64,000 bases of DNA from Camelus dromedarius (Eukaryota). The position numbers and the translations under genes are program-made. The stretch is from positions 68,698,001 through 68,762,000 of the forward strand of contig NC_087436.1 in assembly GCF_036321535.1 (NCBI RefSeq), read 5' to 3'. The notes beneath the pieces are model-generated. The model did not search any database. It worked only from the letters and a program-made list of their open reading frames with translations, and was not told the origin of the DNA. Of this stretch, positions 25,950 through 39,031 are shown in pieces (the stretch's first letter is position 1; each line of letters opens with the position of its first letter).

Positions 25950-27570
25950 TTAGACGAAATAGACTTGAAGCTAAAAATAGTAATAAGAAGCAAAGAAGGT
26001 CATTATATAATATTACATATATACATTATATGATATAATATAATCTATATATAATATTACATAATATAAAGGGATCAATTCATCAAGAAGACATAGCAAT
26101 CAGAAGTATAGATGCATCTAACACCAGAGCACCTAAATATATTAAGCAAACACTATAAGATCTAAAGAAAGAAAGAGATACAATACAATAATAGTAGGAA
26201 ACTTCAGTAGCCCATTTTCAATAATGGATGGATCATCCAGAGAGAAAATCAACACAGAAATGTTGGGTTTGAACCACACTTTAGACTAAATGGACCTAAC
26301 AAACAAATATAGAACATTCCATCCAACAGCAGTAGAATACACATTTTCTCATAGAACATTTTCCAGGATAACTCATATGACATGTCACAAAACAAATCTT
26401 AGAAAATTTAAGAAGGTTGAAATCATACCAACTATCTTCTCTTACCATAATGGTATGAAAGTAGAAATCAGTAACAGGAGTAAAGCTGGGAAATTCACAA
26501 ATATATGGAATTTAAATAATGTACTCCTGAAGAACCAATGGTCCAAGAAGAAATTGAAAAAAAAATTTAAAAATATCTTGAAACAAATTAAAATGGAAAC
26601 ACAACATACTAAAATCTATGGGATGACCCCAAAACAGTTCTAGGAGGTTATTTTATAGTGACAAACACCTACATTAAGACAAAAGCGAGATCTCAAATGA
26701 AAAGCCTAAATTTACACCTAAAGGAGCTAGGTAAAGAAGAACAAACTAAGCCCAAAGTCACCAGAAAGAAAGAAATAACAAAATCAGAGGAGAAATAAAT
26801 GAAATAGAGACCAGAAAAACAATACAAAAAATCAAGTTTTTTTTTTGAAAAGATAGACAAGATTAACACAGTGCTGGCTTGACTAACAGAAAAAAAGGGA
26901 GAAGACTGAACTGAAGTCAGAAATGAAAGAGGAGACTTTGCACCTGATAGCACAGAAAAATAAAGATCATGTGATCATTTCAAGAGATGTAGAGAAAGCA
27001 TCTGACAAAATACAACATCCTTTCATGTTATAAAAACCCATTGGGTCTGAAAGGAACAAACCTTAACATAATAAAGGCCATATATGACAAACTTATAGCC
27101 AGTACCATGATCAAGGGTGAAAGGTTGAAAACTTTTTCTCTAAGGTCAGGATCAAGATAAGGATGCCCACTCTCAAAACTCTTATTCAACATAGTACTGG
27201 AAGTCCTAGCCAGAGCAGTCAGAGGAGAGAAAGAAATAAAAGGCATCCAAATCAAAAAGGAAGAAGGAAATTGTCATTATTTGCATCTGAATGGACTCAT
27301 ATATAGATAAATCATATAGATTCCACCAAAAAAATTCTTAAAACTAATTGAGTCACTAAAGTTGCCAGATACAAAGTCAGCTGTGTTTCTATACAATAAC
27401 AATGAAACATCTGAAATAATATAAAAGTATCTTGTGGTAATCATTTTGTAATATATAAGTGTATGGTGGTAACAATTTTTCAGTATGTAAGTGTATCAAA
27501 TCAACTCATTGTACACCTTCAACTTACACAATGTTACATGTCAATTATATCTCAATAAAGCTGCAAAAAG
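25950..27570 (+). mobile_element. Older L1 with internal deletions (endonuclease part, RT piece, 3' end)
   Basis: MDLTNKYRTFHPTAVEYTFS..(EN) followed by abrupt jumps to the RT-region sequence near 26960 and a 3' tail ending ctcaataaagctgcaaaaa. Confidence 0.85.
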
Positions 27571-27709
27571 AAAATTCCAAAGGAACATATAATGTTTTTA
27601 TTATTATATATTTTTATTCATAAATACTGTACAGATTTTAATTTTTCTATTAGGAAATCAGGGTTGAAAATCTAGGGCATTAAGACAGTATTTTTATTAA
27701 CTTCTTGGA

Positions 27710-27870
27710 CCACTGTATAGCACAGGGAACTATAGTCAACAGCTTGTAATAACCTATAATAAAAAAGAATATGAAGGATATATAAATATATTTGTACAAA
27801 TGAATCACTATGCTGTACACCAGAAATTAACACAATGTTGTAAATCAACTATACTTCAATTAAAAAAAAT
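27710..27870 (+). mobile_element. L1 3'-end fragment (artiodactyl type)
   Basis: actgtatagcacagggaactat...tatacttcaattaaaaaaaa. Confidence 0.8.
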
Positions 27871-28659
27871 CCCATGTGGATTTTTAAGAACTATCATTAT
27901 TTATGCCTTTTCCTATAGATTCTGTCAATCAGTCTCAGGGGAAACATCGATGTCGTTTTAAGTGCTCCAAGTGATTCCAAGGTGAGGTCAGAGTTAGGTA
28001 TGAGGGCTCTCAAGCATATTTATGAGAGTTGAGTCCAGGCTTTGTTTCAAGGGAAGATAACAGGGTCTGCTGGATGTGGGTCTGGTAGAGGCAGGTCAGT
28101 GCAGCCTACATTAGCTATTGTGTAGCAGAATATTGGGGCATCTGTGGGAAGGGAGGGTCCCTGAAAGACAGGGAAGGAGAAACTCAAAGCTTGTTCTCTA
28201 TACAGGAACTCATTGTTTCTGAATCTCTTCTGAGACAGGGAAGAGTGGAGTTTCCTGAATTTCAAGGCCCTTCTGTCTGTGGCCATAGTGAAGCAGGTAA
28301 AGCGTCTGTGCCAGTGCCTTTAAGGGAAATTCTTAAGATGCAGGTGTTATTTCCCCACATAATCTTACCTCAGGAACAAACCTAGAGGAGAAAGAGGAAG
28401 AGGAAGAAATGGCAGATTCTAAGGTAAATGTTGTGCCCTTGGTTAGCGACTATGTCCTCCTTACCTCTTGAAATGCCATGGTTTTAGAAGACATAAAATT
28501 TTACTTCTGTACCTCTGGTGTTTCTGCCTACTAAGTTTGTTTTCAACTCCTTTTTTTAATTCCTGTGACAGTCAAGTTTAGCTCTTTAGAACACTTCTCC
28601 CCTATATTCCAGAGCCTTCTCTTTGTTTTCTCCATTGAGACTTCTGATGTGTCTTGAGC

Positions 28660-28820
28660 AATTCCCACCATGGCTGCAACTTAGAATCACCTGGAAAGCT
28701 GTTTCAAAAATACTCGTACACAAGCTCCACTCAAAGACGCTGTCTGGAATGGAAATTGTAACTATAGAAACTCACACAGGTGGTACTGATGTGCAGCCAA
28801 GGTTGAGAACCAGTGATCTA
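28660..28820. mobile_element. MER5-like DNA transposon fragment
   Basis: ttagaatcacctgg...gatgtgcagccaaggttgagaaccagtg. Confidence 0.7.
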
Positions 28821-28974
28821 AAGGGAGACAGGTACACATACGAGACTCAGAGACAAATAAGTTCAGAGGTCAGTAACCCAGGTTCAGTATGTCACTTTAA
28901 GGTGTCAGGGACCCAGGCTCCTTCAATCCTACTGTGCTATGATGCAGTCAGGGTTAAAATGTATTACTCTAGAT

Positions 28975-29288
28975 CAGGGATCAGCAAACTATGAAATCTA
29001 GCCCGCTGCCTAGTTTTGTATGGCCTGTGAGCTAATAAGGTTTTCTACATTTCTTAAAAGTTGAAAACAGTCAAAAGAATATTTTGTGACATGTGAAAAT
29101 TATTGAAATTCAAATTTCAGTGACCATAAATAAAGTTTTATTGGAAAAGAGCTACATTCACTTGTTTACATATTGGCTACTTTAGCATTACAACAGTAGT
29201 CTCAAGTCGTTCTAATACAGACTATGGTGGCCCAGAGAGAGGAAAATACATACTGTCTGGCCTTTACAGGAAAAGTGTGCTGACCCTG
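28975..29288 (+). mobile_element. MER58-like hAT-Charlie DNA transposon
   Basis: cagggatcagcaaact...gctgaccctg termini; 8-bp TSD ctctagat/ctctagac. Confidence 0.85.
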
Positions 29289-29479
29289 CTCTAGACGCTG
29301 AGCACTTTAGGATGAGGACTAGAGAGAAGCTCCAGAAACTCTCCACCGTTACTGCTATACTCCCATTATAACGTCCAGCCACTACCTGCCATTATGTACA
29401 TAGTATTCACCCAGTAAATGGCTTGTTAAGTTGAATCTGTGTCCAGTTTTGGAGAGGATGGGAGAAAGAATAAGGCTAT

Positions 29480-29524
29480 ATATCTATCTATCTATCTGTC
29501 TATCTACCTATCTGTTTATCATCT
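29480..29524 (+). repeat. Imperfect (TATC)n microsatellite
   Basis: atatctatctatctatctgtctatctacctatctg. Confidence 0.8.
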
Positions 29525-32500
29525 TTTAAAAAGTTAACCAAATAGACAACACAACATTTTCATCACATAGGGTTATGTAAAGTAGAAAAAGGTAGGTGTT
29601 ATGGAGTGAATACTTGTGCTTTGCTTTGGTTTGTCTAACTGCCCTTTTTTAACTAGTTACTGGCCCAAATGAAATAGTTATTGTGAGGAGATGGCTAGTT
29701 GCTTCCACGTTTGGTGTCCAGGATAGTGAACTAGAAAATTTCAAAATAGTGCTGGAGGCCTCATTCAAAAGAAGAGCATCATGGGGCTGCCTCTAAATGA
29801 TGCCAAAGCATCTGGATAAAAGAATTAAATTTGCTCATTGTTTATTTAGTGACAAACATATAGATACTTAAAAAGATCTTTCTGAGTTAATTTTTTAGTT
29901 GTTACAAGATATTGTGGCAGCAGGTAGGTGGCCTTAAGGTGAAAACCAATAACTTTTAAAAAGACAAGGAAAAATCTAGGACTTTGGAAACCCCACTGAA
30001 GTACTTTACCCAGTCCAGGAGATTCTATTCCTGTTTCTACAGGTTTACTATGACTTGAGAAAACTTACTTATTAACAAAAATTACTTATTTTTCTGACGC
30101 AGAAGTATTTAATTTTGGATTTTTCCCTTTTTAGAAATTTTTATAAGCCATTAAAGCTTATAATTTCTCAGTAATAGATATTACCATGACTAACTCTAAG
30201 AGTGAGTCTTAAATATATTAGAACTCATATTCATTTCTCACATAAGTAATTTGTTCTAGGCCCACTGAAAATATCTGTATCTAATTGCTTTAGAATAAAC
30301 TGCAGGTGGTGATTATGTATATTATATATAAAAATATATGCAATAATATACATATAATATATAAGGTATATATTTGTATTACATACTAATATGTATAAAC
30401 TGGTATTTTAAACACATATACTGCATAGGATGTAACCATAAAACAATTTTATTTTAATTCTTTAGTATTAAAAAGTCTTATGGTCACACATATATATCAC
30501 AAAACATGATCTCCATTCAGAAATTAAAATACCCAGGTCTACTCTAATAATCAAAATTGGAACTTGATTTAAAGTTGAGATATTTCCCTTTTCAAGCTCT
30601 TTACTCACTTAGTCCTGCTAGTCCTCCTTTTCTACTTAATTAACTGGATTTGGACCCCTCTAGGTGGTTACTTCAACGGTTGAGAACTGGGCATCTAGCT
30701 TTTGTGCTCTAGTAATTTAGTACCTATTTAAAACTTACTCATTTCTAGTTTTTTTTTTCCCCCTGAACTTTGACGTTCCTTTTCCACTCATTGCTGGAGA
30801 TTTATCAACTATAGTTCCCTTAGTTGTAACAGTTCTAGATTGAGTTTACTCATTCCTTAGCATTTAGGCAGCTGGAGATATTTCCCACTCCTTAACTTAA
30901 GATCTGATCACCCTTCAAGGTGGCCTCTTATGAAGGACCTAAGGTGATGGGTTTTTTTTCTGGGTTGTCTATATGTGTTTCATAGCAAACATTTTATGCA
31001 TTATTTGTCTCGGAGACTTCGGTTGTTCAAACTGCCCAAGGGTACCACCTCCTCTTCACTTTGCTAAACAAGCAACAAGCTTTTTGCCCTTTGAATATTC
31101 CATGTGTGAGTCAGATTCCAGTGCACTGTTTTTTAGGATCTGCAAGTCTTCTTAGGGTCATAATGGTCTCTCTTCCAAGGGCCATCTCTCAGTTTGAAGT
31201 AAAGGAGAAAACATCATCCATTCTTCACATATCAGGGTGGCTGTGTTGTATGAGAAATCACAGCACACCTATCTCCAAAGATAACTGCTTCAAATATCCT
31301 TTTCTTAACTCCAGTTTCTGGCACTTTTACACCTTTGATGAAAGGCAGCAAATTCTGTGTCTTGAGTGAGCACCTCTTACTCTGAGGTTTACAGGCATAT
31401 GCTACAACTATGACTCTTGGTTTGGCCAGGGAACAGCTGGCATTATAATCTACCTAAAGACAGTGTTCACACAAACAGCCTCTGTCTATGGAAGATGAAA
31501 CAGATAGTAGTAAGACACTTAGTCTTACTCCCAAGGGGAGATGGCCTCTTTACTCCACTGTGTACAATTCCATTTCTCTCTTTGTAAATCCTTTTCCTTT
31601 TATAAACTGAAATGGATGTTTATTTAGCCAGAAAGCCTCCTTTCTAGATGTATTTTTCCAGAAAATACTGCCATGGTTTAAAAAGCAGTAGTTCCCATTC
31701 TGTAGGCCATGAATTATACAGGATAAAAGTAGGGTGGCAGAAGATGATTCTAGGGAAAATTATATCTATACCAGGAATTGAACTTAGACTTAATAAAGGA
31801 TTTTTGTACATATATGTATTACTGATTTTCAAACATATGTAGCTGTAATTAATTATAGGTTAACTTAAAAGAATTACTAAATTTATATTCCTTATTTGTC
31901 ATTATTTTGTAATCAACAAAGTATTTTCTTGTGTGAATATAGGAAAAAAATTTTTTCCCTATAAAAAGGCCCTCATCCTTAAAAAGAATAGGAAAGGGTG
32001 GATTAAAGAAAGAAATAAAAATAGGACAGAGACTTGGTACAAAGAGCTATTTTTAAGAAAAATCAGTCTTGAGGATACCGTAATTTTTTTTATTGTATAC
32101 AAAATATATAGAAAAATTTGTACAGATCTTTTAAATTTCATCCCTCAGTAATAGGGAATACTCTTCTGTGTAGAAAGAATTTTATGAGAAGAGAATTTTG
32201 TATAGAGAAAAAATTACAAGCTTCGGAATAAGAAGTCTTAGTTTAGAATTTCATATTCAAGGCTTTTTGATAACTCACTGATTATCTCTTCAGAAAGTTG
32301 TAAGTTCAGCAAAGGTAGGGACTGTGACTACTTGATTTAGTAATGTATTCCCAGAACCTAAATCTTTACCAGGAGTTAACAAAAAAAAAAAAAAAAAAAG
32401 AAGAATACACCAAATCTTTGGGTTTAGTATGCCCTGAACCAAAGGTCTCTAAATAACAGTCTCTTTAAATGTCTTAAACATAAGAAATTCTCTCTGTCTA

Positions 32501-32610
32501 ATAATATTGTCTGATTCCTTTCTTTCTCTCATTTTCAAAATTACTAATTTTTCCAATGATAGAACCAATAATTCTGTGGGATTAAAGAGTCAGACATACT
32601 GAGTACTCAC

Positions 32611-32729
32611 CGTAAGTGACAAAATAAACAATCAGTCCGATGATTACTGCGGCAATAACCATCATTAATATACCCAAGGTAATCTTTCCACACCTTGTGA
32701 GTTTCATTTTTGTGTTTGATTCCGGTCTT
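32611..32729 (-). CDS. TMPRSS11C: TMPRSS11C exon 2, signal-anchor transmembrane segment
   Basis: RPESNTKMKLTRCGKITLGILMMVIAAVIIGLIVYFVTY; cag| acceptor (tandem CAGAAG), G|gtgagt donor; 119 nt. Confidence 0.93.
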
Positions 32730-32949
32730 CTGGGCAGAAAGGACAGGGAAGCAAGTGTTAATATGAGCAAAATACAGGATACTCTTAGAAGTAAATAGGG
32801 ACTTGATATTAAGTCTAAAAATGTATTGTTTTACATTAATTATGGATTCAGTGGATTGCTGAGCCTGGAAATCAATATGTAAAACTAGTGAATTAATATT
32901 TGTCCTGCTTATTTTTCAGCACATATAAATAATATAATACTAAATATTC

Positions 32950-34470
32950 ACCCATTCAGCAAATATTTATAGATGACCTACTAGACACAGTTGTAGGAAC
33001 AAAGATCTCTTTCTTTATGGAGATTACATTTTATTGAGGGAGAGACAGACAGCAAACAAAGTATAATTAATACATAAAATACATAACTGGTAAAAAGATA
33101 TTAAGTGCTGTAGGAAAAGTAGAAATAGGTGAAGAAGATCAGGAATGTGGGTCTGTGAGATACAAAATTAAACAGAGTGGTCAGATTAGGCCTACTGAGA
33201 AGGAAAAATCCGAACAGACTGGAAACAGATGATGGTGTTAGCTGTACAGATAACTGGAATGTTCCAGGCAGAGGGAACAACTCTATAAAGGCCCTGAAGG
33301 AAGGGGCATGTTGGGAGGACAGTGTGGCTAGAGCAGTGAATGAGGGGAAAAGTAGTAAGGGAGTAATTCTTAGTGGTAACAGGGCCCAGACCATCTAGGG
33401 ACTTGTAGGTTATTGTAATAATTTTGGCTTTTCTTTTCCTCTGAGTTAAATGTGAGCTTTGGAGGGTTTTAGGCAGAAGAATGTGATAATTTGGCCTAAT
33501 TTCTTAATGGGATCCCTCTGACTGGTTTGTGGAAAGTTAATTATAGAGAATAAGGGTGGTAACAAGAGAAACAAGAGTAAAAATGATTATTAATAATTGA
33601 AGCACAAGATGAAGTTGGCTTGGCCCAGAGTTGTGGAGGGGGAGGAAATGAGAAGGGGTTGAAGTTTGAATATATTTTGAATATAGAGTTGATAGGAGTT
33701 TCTGATTAATTGGTGGAATGCGAGTGGAAAAAAGGTGTCAAGGATGATTTCCAGTTCTTCAGCCTGAGGATGTGAAGGAGGAAGTTATCATCAAAGATGG
33801 GAAGGCTGTTGATACGGCAGGTTTTGAGGGAATGATTATGTGTTCAGTTTTATGCTTTAGATGTTCATTAGTCATCCAAGTGGAGATGCAGTTTGAATAT
33901 ACAAGTCTGGGGTTTGGGATAGAGGTCTGGGCTGGTGATATACATTTGGCATTCCTCAACATATAGATTAGGCTCTGGGACTAGATGAGATTATCAAGGA
34001 AGTAAATGTAGCTAGAGGAGACCAAGAGATGATTGCTGAAACACTCCCATATTAAGAGGTCAAGGAGAAGAGGAAGACTAAGGAAAGGAGACTGAGAGGA
34101 CGCAACAGTGAGTAGCAGGAAAATCAAGAGAAAGTGATGTCCTGGGAGCCAACAGAAGTGCATGAAGGATTAGATAAGGGATCAACTGTGTCAGATGTTG
34201 CTAATGGCTCATAAATAAGAAGAACAAGTGAGTACTGAAAGTTGACCATTGGATTAGCATTATAGAGGTAATTGGTGACTTTGTGCAAGAAGTTTTAGGA
34301 GTGGAAGGGGCATGAGAATGGTTAGAGATGGTTTGAAAGAGAATGGAGTAGAGGAGTTAGAGACAGTGACCACTGATCACTCTTTCAAAGATTTTGCTGA
34401 AAAGGTGAGTAAAGAAGTGGGACTATATACGTGGTGAAGGAAATGGGATCAAGAGAGGTTTTATTTTAAT
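32950..34470 (-). mobile_element. L2 LINE fragment
   Basis: cattcagcaaatatttat... and ttccaggcagagggaacaa, gaggtctgggctggtgatatacatttgg hallmarks. Confidence 0.75.
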
Positions 34471-35009
34471 ATGGATGATTTAAAATATATTTAAAAGTAG
34501 AGAGAATAGTTTAATAAACCTCAATTTATCCATCACATAGATTTAAAAACTGTGGACATTTTGCAAGAGTTCATCTATTTTTCTGAAGCATTTTAAAATA
34601 GTCATAGAAAAATAATTATATCGTGACATTCACAAAGGAAAAATCATTTTAGATTTTTTCCATCCAAAAAATAAGGGCATTTAAAAAATGACCATTATCA
34701 TCTCTAATGAAATTAGCAATAATTCCTTAATATACTCTAATACCAAGTTCATATTCAAATATTTCTTTTTCTCAGAATGTCCTCAAAATGCCTTTTACAA
34801 TTTGCTGTTGTTGTTGTTGAACAGAAATCAAATCAAAAGCTTCACATTACATTTGGTTCTAATTTCTCTTATGTCTCTTTTAATCTAGAATAACTTGCAT
34901 ACTCTGCTTCCTTTCTAAGATTTTTTGTATACTGACTTATTGAAGGTACTGGGTCCGTTGTCCTATAGGATGTTCTACCTAAGAGAAGTGTGTGTATTTT
35001 TCAAATATT

Positions 35010-38000
35010 TTAAACATTTTATTTCATGATAATTAGACTCTCATGCAGTTGTACGAAATAATACAGAGAGATCCCTCATACATTTCATCCAGTTTTCCCC
35101 AATGGTAAAAATTGCAAAACAGTATTATAACCAGGATGTTAACATTGATACAGCCAAGATACTAAGATAGCAAGATTTTCATACAAAGGTCCCTCGTGTT
35201 GCCCTTTTTTAAGTCACATCCATTTGCCTCCAGTCCCACTGCCCTCCTTAATCCTGGCAACCACTAATATGTTCTTCTTTTGTATAATTTTATTTCAAGA
35301 ATGTTATATAAATGGAATAATAAAATGTGAAACCTTTTGTATTTTGTTCTTACTCAGCAAAATTCTCTGGCAATTCATTCAGATTGTTATATGTTATCAA
35401 TAGTCCTTTTTTTAAAAAAAATTAAATTGAGAAGTAATTCATAGTATAGATGCACTACAGTTTGTTTAATCATTTACTCACTGAATGACATCTGGATCGT
35501 TTGCATGTTTTGGCTGTTAGGAATAAAGGTGCTATATACATAGGAGTTTTTGCATGAATATGTCTTCATTTGTTTGGGATTAAATGTCCAGAGGTGCAAC
35601 TGCTAAGTCATATGGTAGTTGTATGTTTAACTTTTTAAGAAACTGCCAAACTGTTTTCCAGAGTCACTGCAACATTTTGTATTTCTACCAGCAATGCGTA
35701 AGTGATCCAGCTCCTCTGCATCCTTGTCAGCATTTCTTATCACTAATTTTAACCATTCTGATAGGGATGCAGAGATATCTCTCTTGGTTTTAATTTGCAT
35801 TGACTAACGATGAACATTTTTACATGTGTGCTTGTTATCCTCTATTCTCTGAAATGTCTGTTTATATCTTCTACTTAATAATTGGATTGTTCTTTTTTTA
35901 ACCATTGAGTTTTGAGAATTACTTATATATTCTATATACTAGTCCTTTGTAGAATTTGTGTTTTACAAATAATTTTCCCCCAGTTTCTAAGCTTGTCTTT
36001 TCACCTTATTAATAGCTTTCCACAGAGCAAAATTTTTAAATTTTGATGAAGTCCAATTTCTCAAATTTTCCTCCTATGGATCATATTTTTGGTGTCAAAT
36101 CTAAGAACTCTGCCTAGACCTAGATGCCAAATTTTCTCTGACTTTTTTGCTCTAAAAACTGTATGTATTTTATGCCATAATTCACGGACAATTAACTTTG
36201 ATATGAGGTAAGAATCTTAGGTTGAAGTTAATTTCTGTTCCTTTGGACGGCTAATTGCTCCAACACTATTTGCTGAAAAGGGTATCTTTCCACCATTGAC
36301 TTGCTTTTGTTCCCTTGTCAAAAATCAGTTGGGCATATTTACATGGGTCTATTTCTGAGTTCTCTTCTGTTCTGATCTGTGTCTTTTTTTTCTTCAATAC
36401 TACCCAATCTCCATTACTGTGGCCATATAATGTCTTAAAATCAGGTAAACCAATTCCTGCCACTCCATCTTTTTTGTGAAAATGTTTTTTTAGTTTTCTA
36501 GTTTCTTTGCTTACCTACATAAACTTTAAATAATCTTGTGTATATCTAAACAAAAACCTTGATTGGATTTTGATAGGCACTGCAGTAAAACTGTATATCA
36601 ACTTGGAGATAATTAACATCTTTGTTATGCTGAGTCTTCTAATCCATGAACATAGTCTTTCCATTTGATTAGATCTTTGATTTCTTCCTTCAGTGTTGTG
36701 TGGTTTTCAGGATACAAATCCTATAAATATTTTGTTAGATTTACATTTAAAGTCCTTTCTCTTTTTTTTAGTAACTGTAAATGGTATTATGTTTTAATTC
36801 TAAAGTCCATTATTCATTGCTAGTATATAGAGACACAATCTATTTTTGCAGTTTATCCTGCATCCTATGACTTGTTGGACTCACTTTTTAGTTCTAGGAA
36901 GTTCTGTTTTTCATTTTTTCTTCAAGATTCCTTGGGATTTTCTATGTAGACAATCTGTCATTGGCAAATAGTGTCAGTTTTATTTCTCACTATCTAATCT
37001 GTATGCTTTTTATTTCCTTTTTTTATCTGACTGCTCTGGCCAAAATTTCTATCAGTATATTAAATAAGGGTCGTGAGAGTGGACATTTTTGTCTTATGCC
37101 TGATATTAGTGGGAAAGCATTTAGTCTTTCACCATTAATTATGCCATCTGTAAGTTTTTTACAGATGTTGTTTTCAAGTTGAGAAAGTTTCTCTCTATTC
37201 CTATTTTTCCTAGAGTTTTTGTCATGAAACAGTGTTGAATCTTGTCAAATGCTTTTTGACATACAGTGATATGTGACTTTTCTTCTTTAGTTTGTTAATA
37301 TGGTGGATATATTACTTTTTAAAAAATATCGAAACAGCCTTGCACCCCTGGCATAAACCACACTAGATTTTTTAATGTGTGTATGTTTAAATTCCAGTTT
37401 CAATCTCCTTAATAGTTATGAGTCTGTTCAAGTGATCTATTTCATATTGTTTGAGTTGGGATAGTTTGTGATTTTCAAAAAATTGGTCAATTTTGTCTAA
37501 ATTGTCAAATTTATCTGTGTACAGTTTTTGGTAGTATTCCCTTATCCTTTTGATGTTTACATGTATGTAGCTATATCCCCTGTTTAATTCCTGAGATTGG
37601 TAGTTTTTGTTTTTTCTTTTTTATCAGTTTTCCAGAGCTTGCCAATTTTATTGATATTTTCTAAGAACCATTATTTTGTTTTATTTTTTCTTATTTTTCT
37701 GTTTTCATTTCATTAATTTTGTGCTTATCTTTGTTATTTCCATCATTCTGCTGCTCTTTTACTCTAAGTTCTTGCGGTGGGAGCGTATTGATTTGAGACT
37801 TACTCCTTTCTAATGCATGCGTTTAATGCTATAAGTTTCCATTTCACCACTGTTACAGCTATTTCTTACAAATTCAATGTGTTCGTTTACATTTTCATTC
37901 TATGTATTTTTTTTTTAAACTTCCACTGAGAATTTCTCTTTGATCTATGGATTTCTTAGAAATGTGCTGGTGAGTTTCCAAGTGTTTTGAGATATTCCTT

Positions 38001-38700
38001 TTTTAAAAACTGACTTCTAGTTTGGTTCCACTGTGGTTGGAAAACATACTATATATGATTTTTCAATTCTTTTAAATTTGTTCAATTTTGTTTTATGGCA
38101 CTGAATATGATATATATTGCCACATGGTCCATGGGCCCTTAAAAAGAACATGTCTTGCTGTTGTTGGAATTTTCTGTAAACACTGATAAGGGCCTGTTGA
38201 TGATAGCACTGTTGAGTTATTCTATATCTTGTTTTTCTGTATAGATGTTCAACAATTGAGAGAGCAATGTTGAAGCCTATAATTTTGAATTTTTTATTTA
38301 TTTTGTTTTTTTCTTCACATATTTTGCTGCTCTGTTTGGTACATAGTTTTAGGATTGGTATGTTGTCATGGTGGATTGACCCTTTTATTATTGTAAATTA
38401 CCCACTCTGGTAATTTTCTTTGCTCTGAAGTCTACTTCTGTATCCAGTGTTAATATAGCCACCTTCTGCTTTCCTTTGAGTAATGCTTTAAATAATGTTA
38501 CATGATAGGCTGTTTTGTAAACTTTTTACTATAAATCTACCTATATTGTTTAATTTAAAGTGAGTTTCTTGTAGACAACATATGATTGGGATATATTTTT
38601 TAATCCATGCTATTAATATTTGTCTTTTAATGGTATATTTAGACTATTTACATCTAAAGTAACTATGAGTATTTTAGGGCTCAGGTCTGCCTTTTTAATA
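35010..38700 (-). mobile_element. Old L1 (L1M-type) fragment, 3' UTR through ORF2
   Basis: Degenerate ORF2 frames (GIGLPDFK..., QLIFDKGTK..WKDTLFSK) and typical 3' UTR sequence. Confidence 0.85.
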
Positions 38701-38726
38701 CTTTAATCAAAAGACCCTTCAGAAGG

Positions 38727-39031
38727 CTTCTGGAGGCTAGAAGTCTGAGATCAATGTTTCAGTATGTTTGGTTTCTTCTGAGGCATCTGTCCTTGGCTTA
38801 TAGATGACTTTTTCTCCTTATGGCAACAAATGGTCTTCTCTCTGCACATATCTATGTCTTAATTTCCTCTTATAAAACAGCAGTCATATTAGATTGGGGT
38901 TTACCCTAATGACATATCTTATAACCTAATTACCTCTTTAGAGATCCTATCTTGAAATACAATAACATTTTGAGGTACCAGCTGTTAGGACTTCAATATA
39001 TGAAGTTTGAGGGGACACAATTCAGTTCATA
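38727..39031 (-). mobile_element. MLT1 (MaLR) LTR fragment
   Basis: ttctggaggctagaagtctgagatcaa...ggggacacaattcag. Confidence 0.8.

Larger units (their letters stand above)
19298..29815 (+). pseudogene. Further candidate relic exons (19298-19452, 19911-20025, 24342-24418, 29657-~29815)
   Basis: AG/GT-bounded non-repeat segments with protein-like frames (ASSAENLLLDECPGYI..FRYLTHI; ELYELVRVVSLIKEAYFQAAVKILH; TGPNEIVIVRRWLVASTFGVQDSELENFKIVLE); homology weak. Confidence 0.3.
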
